64,000 nucleotides of DNA from Eledone cirrhosa. Its lineage: Eukaryota. Below, piece after piece: positions 12,301 through 24,780 of the stretch. The number at the start of each line of letters is the position of its first letter. Position 1 is the stretch's first letter. The notes under the pieces are model-generated. The model made no database searches. It saw nothing but the letters and a program-made list of their open reading frames with translations, and was not told the origin of the DNA. Location of the stretch: contig OZ024743.1 of NCBI GenBank assembly GCA_964016885.1, forward strand, positions 135,408,001 through 135,472,000, given 5' to 3'. The translations under genes and the position numbers were made by a program.

Positions 12301-15300
12301 TTTGGTGTTTGGTGCTTGGTGCGTGGGGCTTGGTGTTTGGTGCTTGGTGTTTGGTGCTTGGTGTTTGGTGCTTGCTGTTTGGTGCTTGGTGCTTGGTGTT
12401 TGGTGTTTGGTGTTTGGTGCTTGGTGCTTGGTGTTTGGTGCTTGGTGCTTGGTGCTTGGTGCTTGGTGCTTGGTCTTTGGTGCTTGGTACTTGGTGATTA
12501 GTGTTTGGTGATTGGTGCTTGGGGTTTGGTGTTTGGTACTTGGTGTTTGGTGCTTGGTGCTTGCTGTTTGGTGTTTGGTTCTTGGTGCTTGGTGTTTGGT
12601 GTTTGGTGTTTGGTGCTTGGTGCTTGGTACTTGGTGTTTGGTGCTTGGTGCTTGGTGTTTGGTGCTGCGTGCTTGGTGTTTGGTGTTTGGTGCTTGGTGC
12701 TTGGTGCCTGTGTTTCGTGCTTGGTGCTTGGTGCTTGGTGTTTGGTGTTTGGTGCTTGGTGGTTGGTGTTTGGTACTTGGTGCTTGGTGCTTGGTGCTTG
12801 GTGTTTGATGCTGCGTGCCTGGTGTTTGGTGCTTGGTGCTTGGTGTTTGGTGTTTCGTGCTTGGTGCCTGGTGCTTGTTGTTTGGTGTTTGCTGCTTGGT
12901 GCTTGGTGTTTGGTGTTTGGTGCTTGGTGCTTGGTATCTGGTGTTTGGTGCTTGGTGTTTGGTGTTTGGTGCTTGGTGCTTGGTGCTTGGTGTTTGGTGT
13001 TTGGTGCTTCGTGCTTGGTGCTTGGTGCTTGGTGTTTGGTGTTTGGTGTTTGATGCTTGGTGTTTGCTGCTTGGTGCTTGGTGCTTGGTGTTTGGTGCTT
13101 GGTGCTTGGTGCTTGGTGTTTGGCGTTTGCTGTTTGCTGTTTGGTGTTTGGTGTTTGCTGTTTGGTGTTTGGTGCTTGGTGTTTGGTGCTTGGTGCTTGC
13201 TGTTTGGTGTTTGGTGTTTGGTTCTTGGTGCTTGGTGTTTGGTGTTTGGTGCTTGGTGCTTGGTGCTTGGTGTTTGGTGGTTGGTGCTTGGTGCTAGGTG
13301 TTTGGTGCTGCGTGCTTGGTGTTTGGCGTTTGGTGCTTGGTGCCTGGTGCTTGTTGTTTGGTGTTTGGTGCATAGTGCTTGGTGTTTGGTGTTTGGTGCT
13401 TGGTGCATGGTGGCTGGTGTTTTGTGCTTGGTGTTTGGTGTTTTGTGCTTGGAGCTTGGTGCCTGGTGTTTCGTGCTTTGTGCTTGGTGCTTGGTGTTTG
13501 GTGTTTGGTGCTTGGTGTTTGGTGTTTGGTACTTGGTGCTTGGTGCTTGGAGCTTGGTGTTTGGTGCTTGGTGCTTGGTGCTTGGTGTTTGATGCTGCGT
13601 GCTTGGTGTTTGGTGTTTGGTGCTTCGTGCTTGGTGTTTGGTGTTTGGTGCTTGGTGCCTGGTGCTTGTTGTTTGGTGTTTGGTGCTTGGTGTTTGGTGT
13701 TTGGTGTTTGGTGCTTGGTGCGTGGGACTTAGTGTTTGGTGCTTTGTGCTTGGTGTTTGGGGCTTGGTGTTTGGGGCTTGGTGTTCGGTGCTTGGTGCTT
13801 GGTGCTTGGTGCTTGGTGTTTGGTGTTTGGTGCTTGGTGCTTGGTCCTTGGTGTTTGATGTTGGGTCCTTGGTGCTTGGTGTTTGGTGTTTGGTGCTTGG
13901 TGTTTGGTGTTTGGTGCTTGCTGCTTGCTGCTTGTTGTTTCGTTCTTTGTGATTGGTGCTTGGTGTTTGGTGTTTGGTGCTTGGTGCTTGGTGCTTGGTG
14001 TTTGATGTTGGGTCCTTGGTGCTTGGTGTTCGGTGCTTGGTGCTTGGTGTTTGGTGCTTGGTGCTTGGTGTTTGGTGCTTGGTGCTTGGTGCTTGTTGTT
14101 TGGTGCTTGGTGCTTGGTGCTTGGTCTTTGGTGCCTGGTGTTTGGTGTTTGGTGCTTGGTGCTTGGTGCGTGGTGTTTGGTGCTTGGTGCTTGGTGTTTG
14201 GTGCTTGGTGCTTGGTGATTAGTGTTTGTTGCTTGGTGCTTGGGGTTTGGTGGTTGGTGCTTGGTGCTTGGTGTTTGGTGTTTGGTGTTTGGTGTTTGCT
14301 GTTTGGTGTCTGCTTTTTGGCGTATGGTGTTTGTTGTATGGTGTTTGCTGTTTCGTATTTGGTTTTTGCTGTTTGGTGTTTGGTGTTTGCTGTTTGGTGT
14401 TTGTTGTTTGGTGTTTGGTGCTTGGTGCTTGGTTCTTGGTGTTTGGCGTTTGGTGATTGGGGCTTGTTGTTTGGTGCTTGGTGCTTGGTTTTTGGTGTTT
14501 GGTGCTTGGTACCTGGTGCTTGTTGTTTGGTGTTTGGTGCTTGGTGCTTGGTGCTTGGTGTTTGGTGCTTGGTGTCTGGTGTTTGGTGCTTGGTGTTTGG
14601 TGTTTGGTGCTTGGTGCTTGGTGTATGGTGTTTGGTGCTTGGTACTTGGTGTTTGGTGTTTGGTGCTGGGTGCTTGGCGTTTGGTGCTTGGTGCTTGGTG
14701 CTTAGTGCTTGGTGTTTGGTGTTTGGTGTTTGGTGTTTGATGCTTGGTGTGTGCTGCTTGGTGCTTGGTGCTTGGTGTTTTGTGTTTGGTGCTTGGTGCT
14801 TGGTGCCTGGTTCTTGGTGCTTGGTGCTTGTTGTTTGGTGCTTGGTGCTTGGTGATTAGTGTTTGGTGCTTGGTGCTAGGTGTTTGGTGTTTGGTGCTTG
14901 GTGTTTGGTGTTTGGTGTTTGGTGCTTGGTGCTTGGTGCTTGGTGATTGGTGCTTGGTGCTTGGTGCTTGGTGTTTGATGCTGCATGCTTGGTGTTTGGT
15001 GTTTGGTGCTTGGTGCTTGGTTTTTGGTGTTTGGTGCTTGGTGCCTGGTGCTTGTTGTTTGGTGTTTGGTGCTTGGTGCTTGGTGCTTGGTGTTTGGTGC
15101 TTGGTGCTTGGTATCTGGTGTTTGGTGCTTGGTGTTTGGTGTTTGGTGCTTGGTGCTTGGTGCTTGGTGTTTGGTGTTTGGTTCCTGGTGATTGGTGTTT
15201 GGTGTTTGGTGTTTGGTGCTTGGTGCTTGGTGTTTGGTGTTTGGTGCTTGGTGCTTGGTGCTTGGTGTTTGGTGCTTGGTGCCTGGTGCTTGGTGTTTGG

Positions 15301-16400
15301 TGCTTGGTGCTTGGTGTTAGGTGATTGGTGCTTGGTGTTTGGTGCTTGGTGCTTGGTGCTTGGTGCTTGGTGTTAGGCGTTTGGTGCTTGGTGCTTGGTG
15401 TTTGATGTTTGGTCCTTGGTGCTTGGTGTTTGGTATTTGGTGCTTGGTGCTTGGTGTTTGGTGTTTGGTGCTTGCTGCTTGCTGCTTGGTGTTTGGTGCT
15501 TGGTGATTGGTGCTTGGTGTTTTGTGCTTTTTGCTTGGTGTTTGGTGTTTGGTGCTAGGGTCTTGGTGCTTGGTGCTTGGTGTTTGGTGCTTGGTGCTCG
15601 GTGTTTGGTGTTTGGTGCTTGGTGCGTGGGGCTTGGTGTTTGGTGCTTGGTGTTTGGTGCTTGGTGTTTGGTGCTTGCTGTTTGGTGCTTGGTGCTTGGT
15701 GTTTGGTGTTTGGTGTTTGGTGCTTGGTGCTTGGTGTTTGGTGCTTGGTGCTTGGTGCTTGGTGCTTGGTGCTTGGTCTTTGGTGCTTGGTACTTGGTGA
15801 TTAGTGTTTGGTGATTGGTGCTTGGGGTTTGGTGTTTGGTACTTGGTGTTTGGTGCTTGGTGCTTGCTGTTTGGTGTTTGGTTCTTGGTGCTTGGTGTTT
15901 GGTGTTTGGTGTTTGGTGCTTGGTGCTTGGTACTTGGTGTTTGGTGCTTGGTGCTTGGTGTTTGGTGCTGCGTGCTTGGTGTTTGGTGTTTGGTGCTTGG
16001 TGCTTGGTGCCTGTGTTTCGTGCTTGGTGCTTGGTGCTTGGTGTTTGGTGTTTGGTGCTTGGTGGTTGGTGTTTGGTACTTGGTGCTTGGTGCTTGGTGC
16101 TTGGTGTTTGATGCTGCGTGCCTGGTGTTTGGTGCTTGGTGCTTGGTGTTTGGTGTTTCGTGCTTGGTGCCTGGTGCTTGTTGTTTGGTGTTTGCTGCTT
16201 GGTGCTTGGTGTTTGGTGTTTGGTGCTTGGTGCTTGGTATCTGGTGTTTGGTGCTTGGTGTTTGGTGTTTGGTGCTTGGTGCTTGGTGCTTGGTGTTTGG
16301 TGTTTGGTGCTTCGTGCTTGGTGTTTGGTGCTTGGTGTTTGGTGTTTGGTGTTTGATGCTTGGTGTTTGCTGCTTGGTGCTTGGTGCTTGGTGTTTTGTG
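6380..16400. repeat. Higher-order repeat, about 3.24-3.30 kb period, about 3 tandem copies (domain A)
   Basis: Matching ORFs start at 9219/12501/15804 (offsets 3282, 3303) and 6535/9775/13057 (3240, 3282). The 6-bp deletion unit CTGTGT recurs at 9426, 12708 and 16011. Boundaries are approximate. Confidence 0.9.
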
Positions 16401-19400
16401 TTTGGTGCTGGGTGCTTGGTGCCTGGTGCTTGGTGCTTGGTGCTTGTTGTTTGGTGCTTGGTGCTTGGTGATTAGTGTTTGGTGCTTGGTGCTTGCGGTT
16501 TGGTGTTTTGTGCTTGGGGTTTGGTGTTTGGTGCTTGGTGCTTGGTGTTTGGTGCTTGGTGCTTGGTGCTTGGTGCTTGGTGTTAGGTGTTTGCTGCTTG
16601 GTGCTTGGTGTTTGATGTTTGGTGCTTGGTGCTTGGTGTTTGGTGTTTGGTGCTTGGTGCTTGGTGTTTGATGTTTGGTCCTTGGTGCTTGTTGTTTGGT
16701 GTTTGGTGCTTGGTGCTTGGTGTTTGGTGTTTGGTGCTCGCTGCTTGGTGCTTGGTGTTTTGTGTTTGGAGTTTGGTGCTTGGTGTTTGGTGCTTCGGTC
16801 TTGGTGCTTGGTGTTTGGTGCTTGGTGCTTGGTGTTTGGTGCTTGGTGCTTGGTGTTTGGTGCTTATTGTTTGGTGCTTGGTGCTTGGTGCTTGGTGCTA
16901 GGTGTTTGGTGCTTGGTGCTTGGTGTTTGATGTTTGGTGCTTGGTGTTTGGTGCTTGGTGCTTGGTTTTGGTGTTTGGTGCTGGCTGCTTGCTGCTTGGT
17001 GTTTGGTGCTTGGTGATTGGTGCTTGGTGTTTTGTGCTTGGTGCTTGGTGTTTGGTGTTTGTTGCTAGGGGCTTCGTGCTTGGTGCTTGGTGTTTGGTAC
17101 TTGGTGCTTGCTGTTTGGTGTTTGGTGCTTGGTGCGTGGGACTTAGTGTTTGGTGTTTGGTTCTTGGTGTTTGGTGCTTGGTGTTTGGGGCTTGGTGTTC
17201 GGTGCTTGGTGCTTGCTGCTTGGTGCTTGGTGTTTGGTGTTTGGTGCTTGGTGCTTGGTGTTTGATGTTGGGTCCTTAGTGCTTCGTGCTTGGTGTTTGG
17301 TGCTTGGTGTTTGGTGTTTGGTGCTTGCTGCTTGCTGCTTGTTGTTTCGTTCTTTGTGATTGGTGCTTGGTGCTTGGTGTTTGGTGCTTGGTGCTTGGTG
17401 TTTGGCGTTTGGTGCTTGGTGCCTGGTGCTTGTTGTTTGGTGTTTGGTGCATAGTGCTTGGTGTTTGGTGTTTGGTGCTTGGTGCATGGTGGCTGGTGTT
17501 TTGTGCTTGGTGTTTGGTGTTTTGTGCTTGGAGCTTGGTGCCTGGTGTTTCGTGCTTTGTGCTTGGTGCTTGGTACCTGGTGCTTGTTGTTTGGTGTTTG
17601 GTGCTTGGTGCTTGGTGCTTGGTGTTTGGTGCTTGGTGTCTGGTGTTTGGTGCTTGGTGCTTGGTGCTTGGTGTTTGGTGTTTGGTGCTTGGTGCTTGGT
17701 GTTTGGTGTTTGGTGCTGGGTGCTTGGAGTTTGGTGCTTGGTGCTTGGTGCTTAGTGCTTGGTGTTTGGTGTTTGGTGCTTGGTGTTTGGTGTTTGGTGT
17801 TTGATGCTTGGTGTGTGCTGCTTGGTGCTTGGTGCTTGGTGTTTTGTGTTTGGTGCTTGGTGCTTGGTGCCTGGTTCTTGGTGCTTGGTGCTTGTTGTTT
17901 GGTGCTTGGTGCTTGGTGATTAGTGTTTGGTGCTTGGTGCTTGGGGTTTGCTGTTTGATGCTTGGTGCTTGGTGTTTGGTGCTTGGTGTCTGGTGTTTGG
18001 TGTTTGGTGTTTGGTGCTTGGTGCTTGGTGTTTGGGTTTTGGTGCTTGGTGCTTGGTGTTTGGTGTTTGGTGCTTGGTGTTTGGTGTTTGGTGTTTGATG
18101 CTTGGTGTTTGATGCTTGTTCCTTGGTGCTTGGTGTTTTGTGTTTGGTGTTTGGTGCTTGGTGTATGTACTTGGTGCTTGGTGCTTGGTGTTTGGTGCTT
18201 GGTTCTTGGTGTTTAGTGATTGGTGCTTGGTGCTTGGTGTTTGGTGCTTGGTGCTTGGTGTTTGGTACTTGGTGCTTGGTGTTTGGTGTTTGGTGCTTGG
18301 TGTTTGGTGCTTGGTGCTTGGTGCTTGGTGCTTGGTGTTATGTGTTTGGTGCTTGGTGCTTGGTGTTTGGTGCTTGGTGCTTGGTGTTTGGTGCCTGGTG
18401 CCTGGTGCTTGGTGTTTGGTGCTTGGTGTTTGGTGCTTGGTGTTCGGTGCTTTTTGCTTGGTGCTTGGTGATTGGTGTTTGGTGTTTGGTGCTTGGTGCT
18501 TGGTGTTTGATGTTTGGTCCTTGGTGCTTGGTGTTTGGTGATTTGTGCTTGGTGCTTGGTGCTTGGTGTTTGGTGCTTGGTGCTTGGTGCTTGGTGTTTG
18601 GCGTTTGCTGTTTGCTGTTTGGTGTTTGGTGTTTGCTGTTTGGTGTTTGGTGCTTGGTGTTTGGTGCTTGGTGCTTGCTGTTTGGTGTTTGGTGTTTGGT
18701 TCTTGGTGCTTGGTGTTTGGTGTTTGGTGCTTGGTGCTTGGTGCTTGGTGTTTGGTGGTTGGTGCTTGGTGCTAGGTGTTTGGTGCTGCGTGCTTGGTGT
18801 TTGGCGTTTGGTGCTTGGTGCCTGGTGCTTGTTGTTTGGTGTTTGGTGCATAGTGCTTGGTGTTTGGTGTTTGGTGCTTGGTGCATGGTGGCTGGTGTTT
18901 TGTGCTTGGTGTTTGGTGTTTTGTGCTTGGAGCTTGGTGCCTGGTGTTTCGTGCTTTGTGCTTGGTGCTTGGTGTTTGGTGTTTGGTGCTTGGTGTTTGG
19001 TGTTTGGTACTTGGTTCTTGGTGCTTGGAGCTTGGTGTTTGGTGCTTGGTGCTTGGTGCTTGGTGTTTGATGCTGCGTGCTTGGTGTTTGGTGTTTGGTG
19101 CTTCGTGCTTGGTGTTTGGTGTTTGGTGCTTGGTGCCTGGTGCTTGTTGTTTGGTGTTTGGTGCTTGGTGTTTGGTGTTTGGTGTTTGGTGCTTGGTGCG
19201 TGGGACTTAGTGTTTGGTGCTTTGTGCTTGGTGTTTGGGGCTTGGTGTTTGGGGCTTGGTGTTCGGTGCTTGGTGCTTGGTGCTTGGTGCTTGGTGTTTG
19301 GTGTTTGGTGCTTGGTGCTTGGTCCTTGGTGTTTGATGTTGGGTCCTTGGTGCTTGGTGTTTGGTGTTTGGTGCTTGGTGTTTGGTGTTTGGTGCTTGCT

Positions 19401-22400
19401 GCTTGCTGCTTGTTGTTTCGTTCTTTGTGATTGGTGCTTGGTGTTTGGTGTTTGGTGCTTGGTGCTTGGTGCTTGGTGTTTGATGTTGGGTCCTTGGTGC
19501 TTGGTGTTCGGTGCTTGGTGCTTGGTGTTTGGTGCTTGGTGCTTGGTGTTTGGTGCTTGGTGCTTGGTGCTTGTTGTTTGGTGCTTGGTGCTTGGTGCCT
19601 GGTCTTTGGTGCTTGGTGTTTGGTGTTTGGTGCTTGGTGCTTGGTGCGTGGTGTTTGGTGCTTGGTGCTTGGTGTTTGGTGCTTGGTGCTTGGTGATTAG
19701 TGTTTGTTGCTTGGTGCTTGGGGTTTGGTGGTTGGTGCTTGGTGCTTGGTGTTTGGTGTTTGGTGTTTGGTGTTTGGTGTTTGCTGTTTGGTGTCTGCTT
19801 TTTGGCGTATGGTGTTTGCTGTATGGTGTTTGCTGTTTCGTATTTGGTTTTTGCTGTTTGGTGTTTGGTGTTTGTTGTTTGGTGTTTGTTGTTTGGTGTT
19901 TGGTGCTTGGTGCTTGGTTCTTGGTGTTTGGCGTTTGGTGATTGGGGCTTGGTGTTTGGTGCTTGGTGCTTGGTTTTTGGTGTTTGGTGCTTGGTACCTG
20001 GTGCTTGTTGTTTGGTGTTTGGTGCTTGGTGCTTGGTGCTTGGTGTTTGGTGCTTGGTGTCTGGTGTTTGGTGCTTGGTGTTTGGTGTTTGGTGCTTGGT
20101 GCTTGGTGTATGGTGTTTGGTGCTTGGTACTTGGTGTTTGGTGTTTGGTGCTGGGTGCTTGGCGTTTGGTGCTTGGTGCTTGGTGCTTAGTGCTTGGTGT
20201 TTGGTGTTTGGTGTTTGGTGTTTGATGCTTGGTGTGTGCTGCTTGGTGCTTGGTGCTTGGTGTTTTGTGTTTGGTGCTTGGTGCTTGGTGCCTGGTTCTT
20301 GGTGCTTGGTGCTTGTTGTTTGGTGCTTGGTGCTTGGTGATTAGTGTTTGGTGCTTGGTGCTTGGGGTTTGCTGTTTGGTGTTTGGTGTTTGGTGCTTGG
20401 TGTTTCGTGCTTGGTGATTGGTGTTTGGTGTTTGGTGTTTGGTGCTTGGTGTCTGGTGTTTGGTGTTTGGTGTTTGGTGCTTGGTGCTTGGTGTTTAGGT
20501 TTTGGTGCTTGGTGCTTGGTGTTTGGTGTTTGGTGCTTGGTGTTTGGTGTTTGGTGCTTGGTGTTTGGTGCTTGGTGCTTGGTGCTTGGTGTTTTGTGTT
20601 TGGTGCTGGGTGCTTGGTGCCTGGTGCTTGGTGCTTGGTGCTTGTTGTTTGGTGCTTGGTGCTTGGTGATTAGTGTTTGGTGCTTGGTGCTTGCGGTTTG
20701 GTGTTTTGTGCTTGGGGTTTGGTGTTTGGTGCTTGGTGCTTGGTGTTTGGTGCTTGGTGCTTGGTGCTTGGTGCTTGGTGTTAGGTGTTTGCTGCTTGGT
20801 GCTTGGTGTTTGATGTTTGGTGCTTGGTGCTTGGTGTTTGGTGTTTGGTGCTTGGTGCTTGGTGTTTGATGTTTGGTCCTTGGTGCTTGTTGTTTGGTGT
20901 TTGGTGCTTGGTGCTTGGTGTTTGGTGTTTGGTGCTCGCTGCTTGGTGCTTGGTGTTTTGTGTTTGGAGTTTGGTGCTTGGTGTTTGGTGCTTCGGTCTT
21001 GGTGCTTGGTGTTTGGTGCTTGGTGCTTGGTGTTTGGTGCTTGGTGCTTGGTGTTTGGTGCTTATTGTTTGGTGCTTGGTGCTTGGTGCTTGGTGCTAGG
21101 TGTTTGGTGCTTGGTGCTTGGTGTTTGATGTTTGGTGCTTGGTGTTTGGTGCTTGGTGCTTGGTTTTGGTGTTTGGTGCTGGCTGCTTGCTGCTTGGTGT
21201 TTGGTGCTTGGTGATTGGTGCTTGGTGTTTTGTGCTTGGTGCTTGGTGTTTGGTGTTTGTTGCTAGGGGCTTCGTGCTTGGTGCTTGGTGTTTGGTACTT
21301 GGTGCTTGCTGTTTGGTGTTTGGTGCTTGGTGCGTGGGACTTAGTGTTTGGTGTTTGGTTCTTGGTGTTTGGTGCTTGGTGTTTGGGGCTTGGTGTTCGG
21401 TGCTTGGTGCTTGCTGCTTGGTGCTTGGTGTTTGGTGTTTGGTGCTTGGTGCTTGGTGTTTGATGTTGGGTCCTTAGTGCTTCGTGCTTGGTGTTTGGTG
21501 CTTGGTGTTTGGTGTTTGGTGCTTGCTGCTTGCTGCTTGTTGTTTCGTTCTTTGTGATTGGTGCTTGGTGCTTGGTGTTTGGTGCTTGGTGCTTGGTGTT
21601 TGGTGTTTGGTGTTTGGTGCTTGGGGCTTGGTGTTTTGTGCTTGGTGCTTGGTGCTTGGTGTTTGGTGTTTGGTGTTTGGTGCTTGCTGTTTGGTGTTTG
21701 GTGTTTGGTGTTTGGTGCTTGGTGCTTGGTGTTTGGTGCTTGGTGCTTGGTTTTTGGTGTTTGGTGCTTGGTACCTGGTGCTTGTTGTTTGGTGTTTGGT
21801 GCTTGGTGCTTGGTGCTTGGTGTTTGGTGCTTGGTGTCTGGTGTTTGGTGCTTGGTGCTTGGTGCTTGGTGTTTGGTGTTTGGTGCTTGGTGCTTGGTGT
21901 TTGGTGTTTGGTGCTGGGTGCTTGGAGTTTGGTGCTTGGTGCTTGGTGCTTAGTGCTTGGTGTTTGGTGTTTGGTGCTTGGTGTTTGGTGTTTGGTGTTT
22001 GATGCTTGGTGTGTGCTGCTTGGTGCTTGGTGCTTGGTGTTTTGTGTTTGGTGCTTGGTGCTTGGTGCCTGGTTCTTGGTGCTTGGTGCTTGTTGTTTGG
22101 TGCTTGGTGCTTGGTGATTAGTGTTTGGTGCTTGGTGCTTGGGGTTTGCTGTTTGATGCTTGGTGCTTGGTGTTTGGTGCTTGGTGTCTGGTGTTTGGTG
22201 TTTGGTGTTTGGTGCTTGGTGCTTGGTGTTTGGGTTTTGGTGCTTGGTGCTTGGTGTTTGGTGTTTGGTGCTTGGTGTTTGGTGTTTGGTGTTTGATGCT
22301 TGGTGTTTGATGCTTGTTCCTTGGTGCTTGGTGTTTTGTGTTTGGTGTTTGGTGCTTGGTGTATGTACTTGGTGCTTGGTGCTTGGTGTTTGGTGCTTGG

Positions 22401-24780
22401 TTCTTGGTGTTTAGTGATTGGTGCTTGGTGCTTGGTGTTTGGTGCTTGGTGCTTGGTGTTTGGTACTTGGTGCTTGGTGTTTGGTGTTTGGTGCTTGGTG
22501 TTTGGTGCTTGGTGCTTGGTGCTTGGTGCTTGGTGTTATGTGTTTGGTGCTTGGTGCTTGGTGTTTGGTGCTTGGTGCTTGGTGTTTGGTGCCTGGTGCC
22601 TGGTGCTTGGTGTTTGGTGCTTGGTGTTTGGTGCTTGGTGTTCGGTGCTTTTTGCTTGGTGCTTGGTGATTGGTGTTTGGTGTTTGGTGCTTGGTGCTTG
22701 GTGTTTGATGTTTGGTCCTTGGTGCTTGGTGTTTGGTGATTTGTGCTTGGTGCTTGGTGCTTGGTGTTTGGTGCTTGGTGCTTGGTGCTTGGTGTTTGGC
22801 GTTTGCTGTTTGCTGTTTGGTGTTTGGTGTTTGCTGTTTGGTGTTTGGTGCTTGGTGTTTGGTGCTTGGTGCTTGCTGTTTGGTGTTTGGTGTTTGGTTC
22901 TTGGTGCTTGGTGTTTGGTGTTTGGTGCTTGGTGCTTGGTGCTTGGTGTTTGGTGGTTGGTGCTTGGTGCTAGGTGTTTGGTGCTGCGTGCTTGGTGTTT
23001 GGCGTTTGGTGCTTGGTGCCTGGTGCTTGTTGTTTGGTGTTTGGTGCATAGTGCTTGGTGTTTGGTGTTTGGTGCTTGGTGCATGGTGGCTGGTGTTTTG
23101 TGCTTGGTGTTTGGTGTTTTGTGCTTGGAGCTTGGTGCCTGGTGTTTCGTGCTTTGTGCTTGGTGCTTGGTGTTTGGTGTTTGGTGCTTGGTGTCTGGTG
23201 TTTGGTACTTGGTGCTTGGTGCTTGGAGCTTGGTGTTTGGTGCTTGGTGCTTGGTGCTTGGTGTTTGATGCTGCGTGCTTGGTGTTTGGTGTTTGGTGCT
23301 TCGTGCTTGGTGTTTGGTGTTTGGTGCTTGGTGCCTGGTGCTTGTTGTTTGGTGTTTGGTGCTTGGTGTTTGGTGTTTGGTGTTTGGTGCTTGGTGCGTG
23401 GGACTTAGTGTTTGGTGCTTTGTGCTTGGTGTTTGGGGCTTGGTGTTTGGGGCTTGGTGTTCGGTGCTTGGTGCTTGGTGCTTGGTGCTTGGTGTTTGGT
23501 GTTTGGTGCTTGGTGCTTGGTCCTTGGTGTTTGATGTTGGGTCCTTGGTGCTTGGTGTTTGGTGTTTGGTGCTTGGTGTTTGGTGTTTGGTGCTTGCTGC
23601 TTGCTGCTTGTTGTTTCGTTCTTTGTGATTGGTGCTTGGTGTTTGGTGTTTGGTGCTTGGTGCTTGGTGCTTGGTGTTTGATGTTGGGTCCTTGGTGCTT
23701 GGTGTTCGGTGCTTGGTGCTTGGTGTTTGGTGCTTGGTGCTTGGTGTTTGGTGCTTGGTGCTTGGTGCTTGTTGTTTGGTGCTTGGTGCTTGGTGCCTGG
23801 TCTTTGGTGCTTGGTGTTTGGTGCTTGGTGCTTGGTGCGTGGTGTTTGGTGCTTGGTGCTTGGTGTTTGGTGCTTGGTGCTTGGTGATTAGTGTTTGTTG
23901 CTTGGTGCTTGGGGTTTGGTGGTTGGTGCTTGGTGCTTGGTGTTTGGTGTTTGGTGTTTGGTGTTTGGTGTTTGCTGTTTGGTGTCTGCTTTTTGGCGTA
24001 TGGTGTTTGCTGTATGGTGTTTGCTGTTTCGTATTTGGTTTTTGCTGTTTGGTGTTTGGTGTTTGTTGTTTGGTGTTTGTTGTTTGGTGTTTGGTGCTTG
24101 GTGCTTGGTTCTTGGTGTTTGGCGTTTGGTGATTGGGGCTTGGTGTTTGGTGCTTGGTGCTTGGTTTTTGGTGTTTGGTGCTTGGTACCTGGTGCTTGTT
24201 GTTTGGTGTTTGGTGCTTGGTGCTTGGTGCTTGGTGTTTGGTGCTTGGTGTCTGGTGTTTGGTGCTTGGTGTTTGGTGTTTGGTGCTTGGTGCTTGGTGT
24301 ATGGTGTTTGGTGCTTGGTACTTGGTGTTTGGTGTTTGGTGCTGGGTGCTTGGCGTTTGGTGCTTGGTGCTTGGTGCTTAGTGCTTGGTGTTTGGTGTTT
24401 GGTGTTTGGTGTTTGATGCTTGGTGTGTGCTGCTTGGTGCTTGGTGCTTGGTGTTTTGTGTTTGGTGCTTGGTGCTTGGTGCCTGGTTCTTGGTGCTTGG
24501 TGCTTGTTGTTTGGTGCTTGGTGCTTGGTGATTAGTGTTTGGTGCTTGGTGCTTGGGGTTTGCTGTTTGGTGTTTGGTGTTTGGTGCTTGGTGTTTCGTG
24601 CTTGGTGATTGGTGTTTGGTGTTTGGTGTTTGGTGCTTGGTGTCTGGTGTTTGGTGTTTGGTGTTTGGTGCTTGGTGCTTGGTGTTTAGGTTTTGGTGCT
24701 TGGTGCTTGGTGTTTGGTGTTTGGTGCTTGGTGTTTGGTGTTTGGTGCTTGGTGTTTGGTGCTTGGTGCTTGGTGCTTGG
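16380..24780. repeat. Tandem duplication of about 4.2 kb (offset 4198, then 4191 after loss of one unit), 2 copies
   Basis: ORF pairs 16587/20785, 17017/21215, 18102/22300 and 18857/23055 are all offset by 4198; 19700/23891 by 4191. Marker GGGACTTAG lies at 17138/21336 and 19202/23400. Confidence 0.92.
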
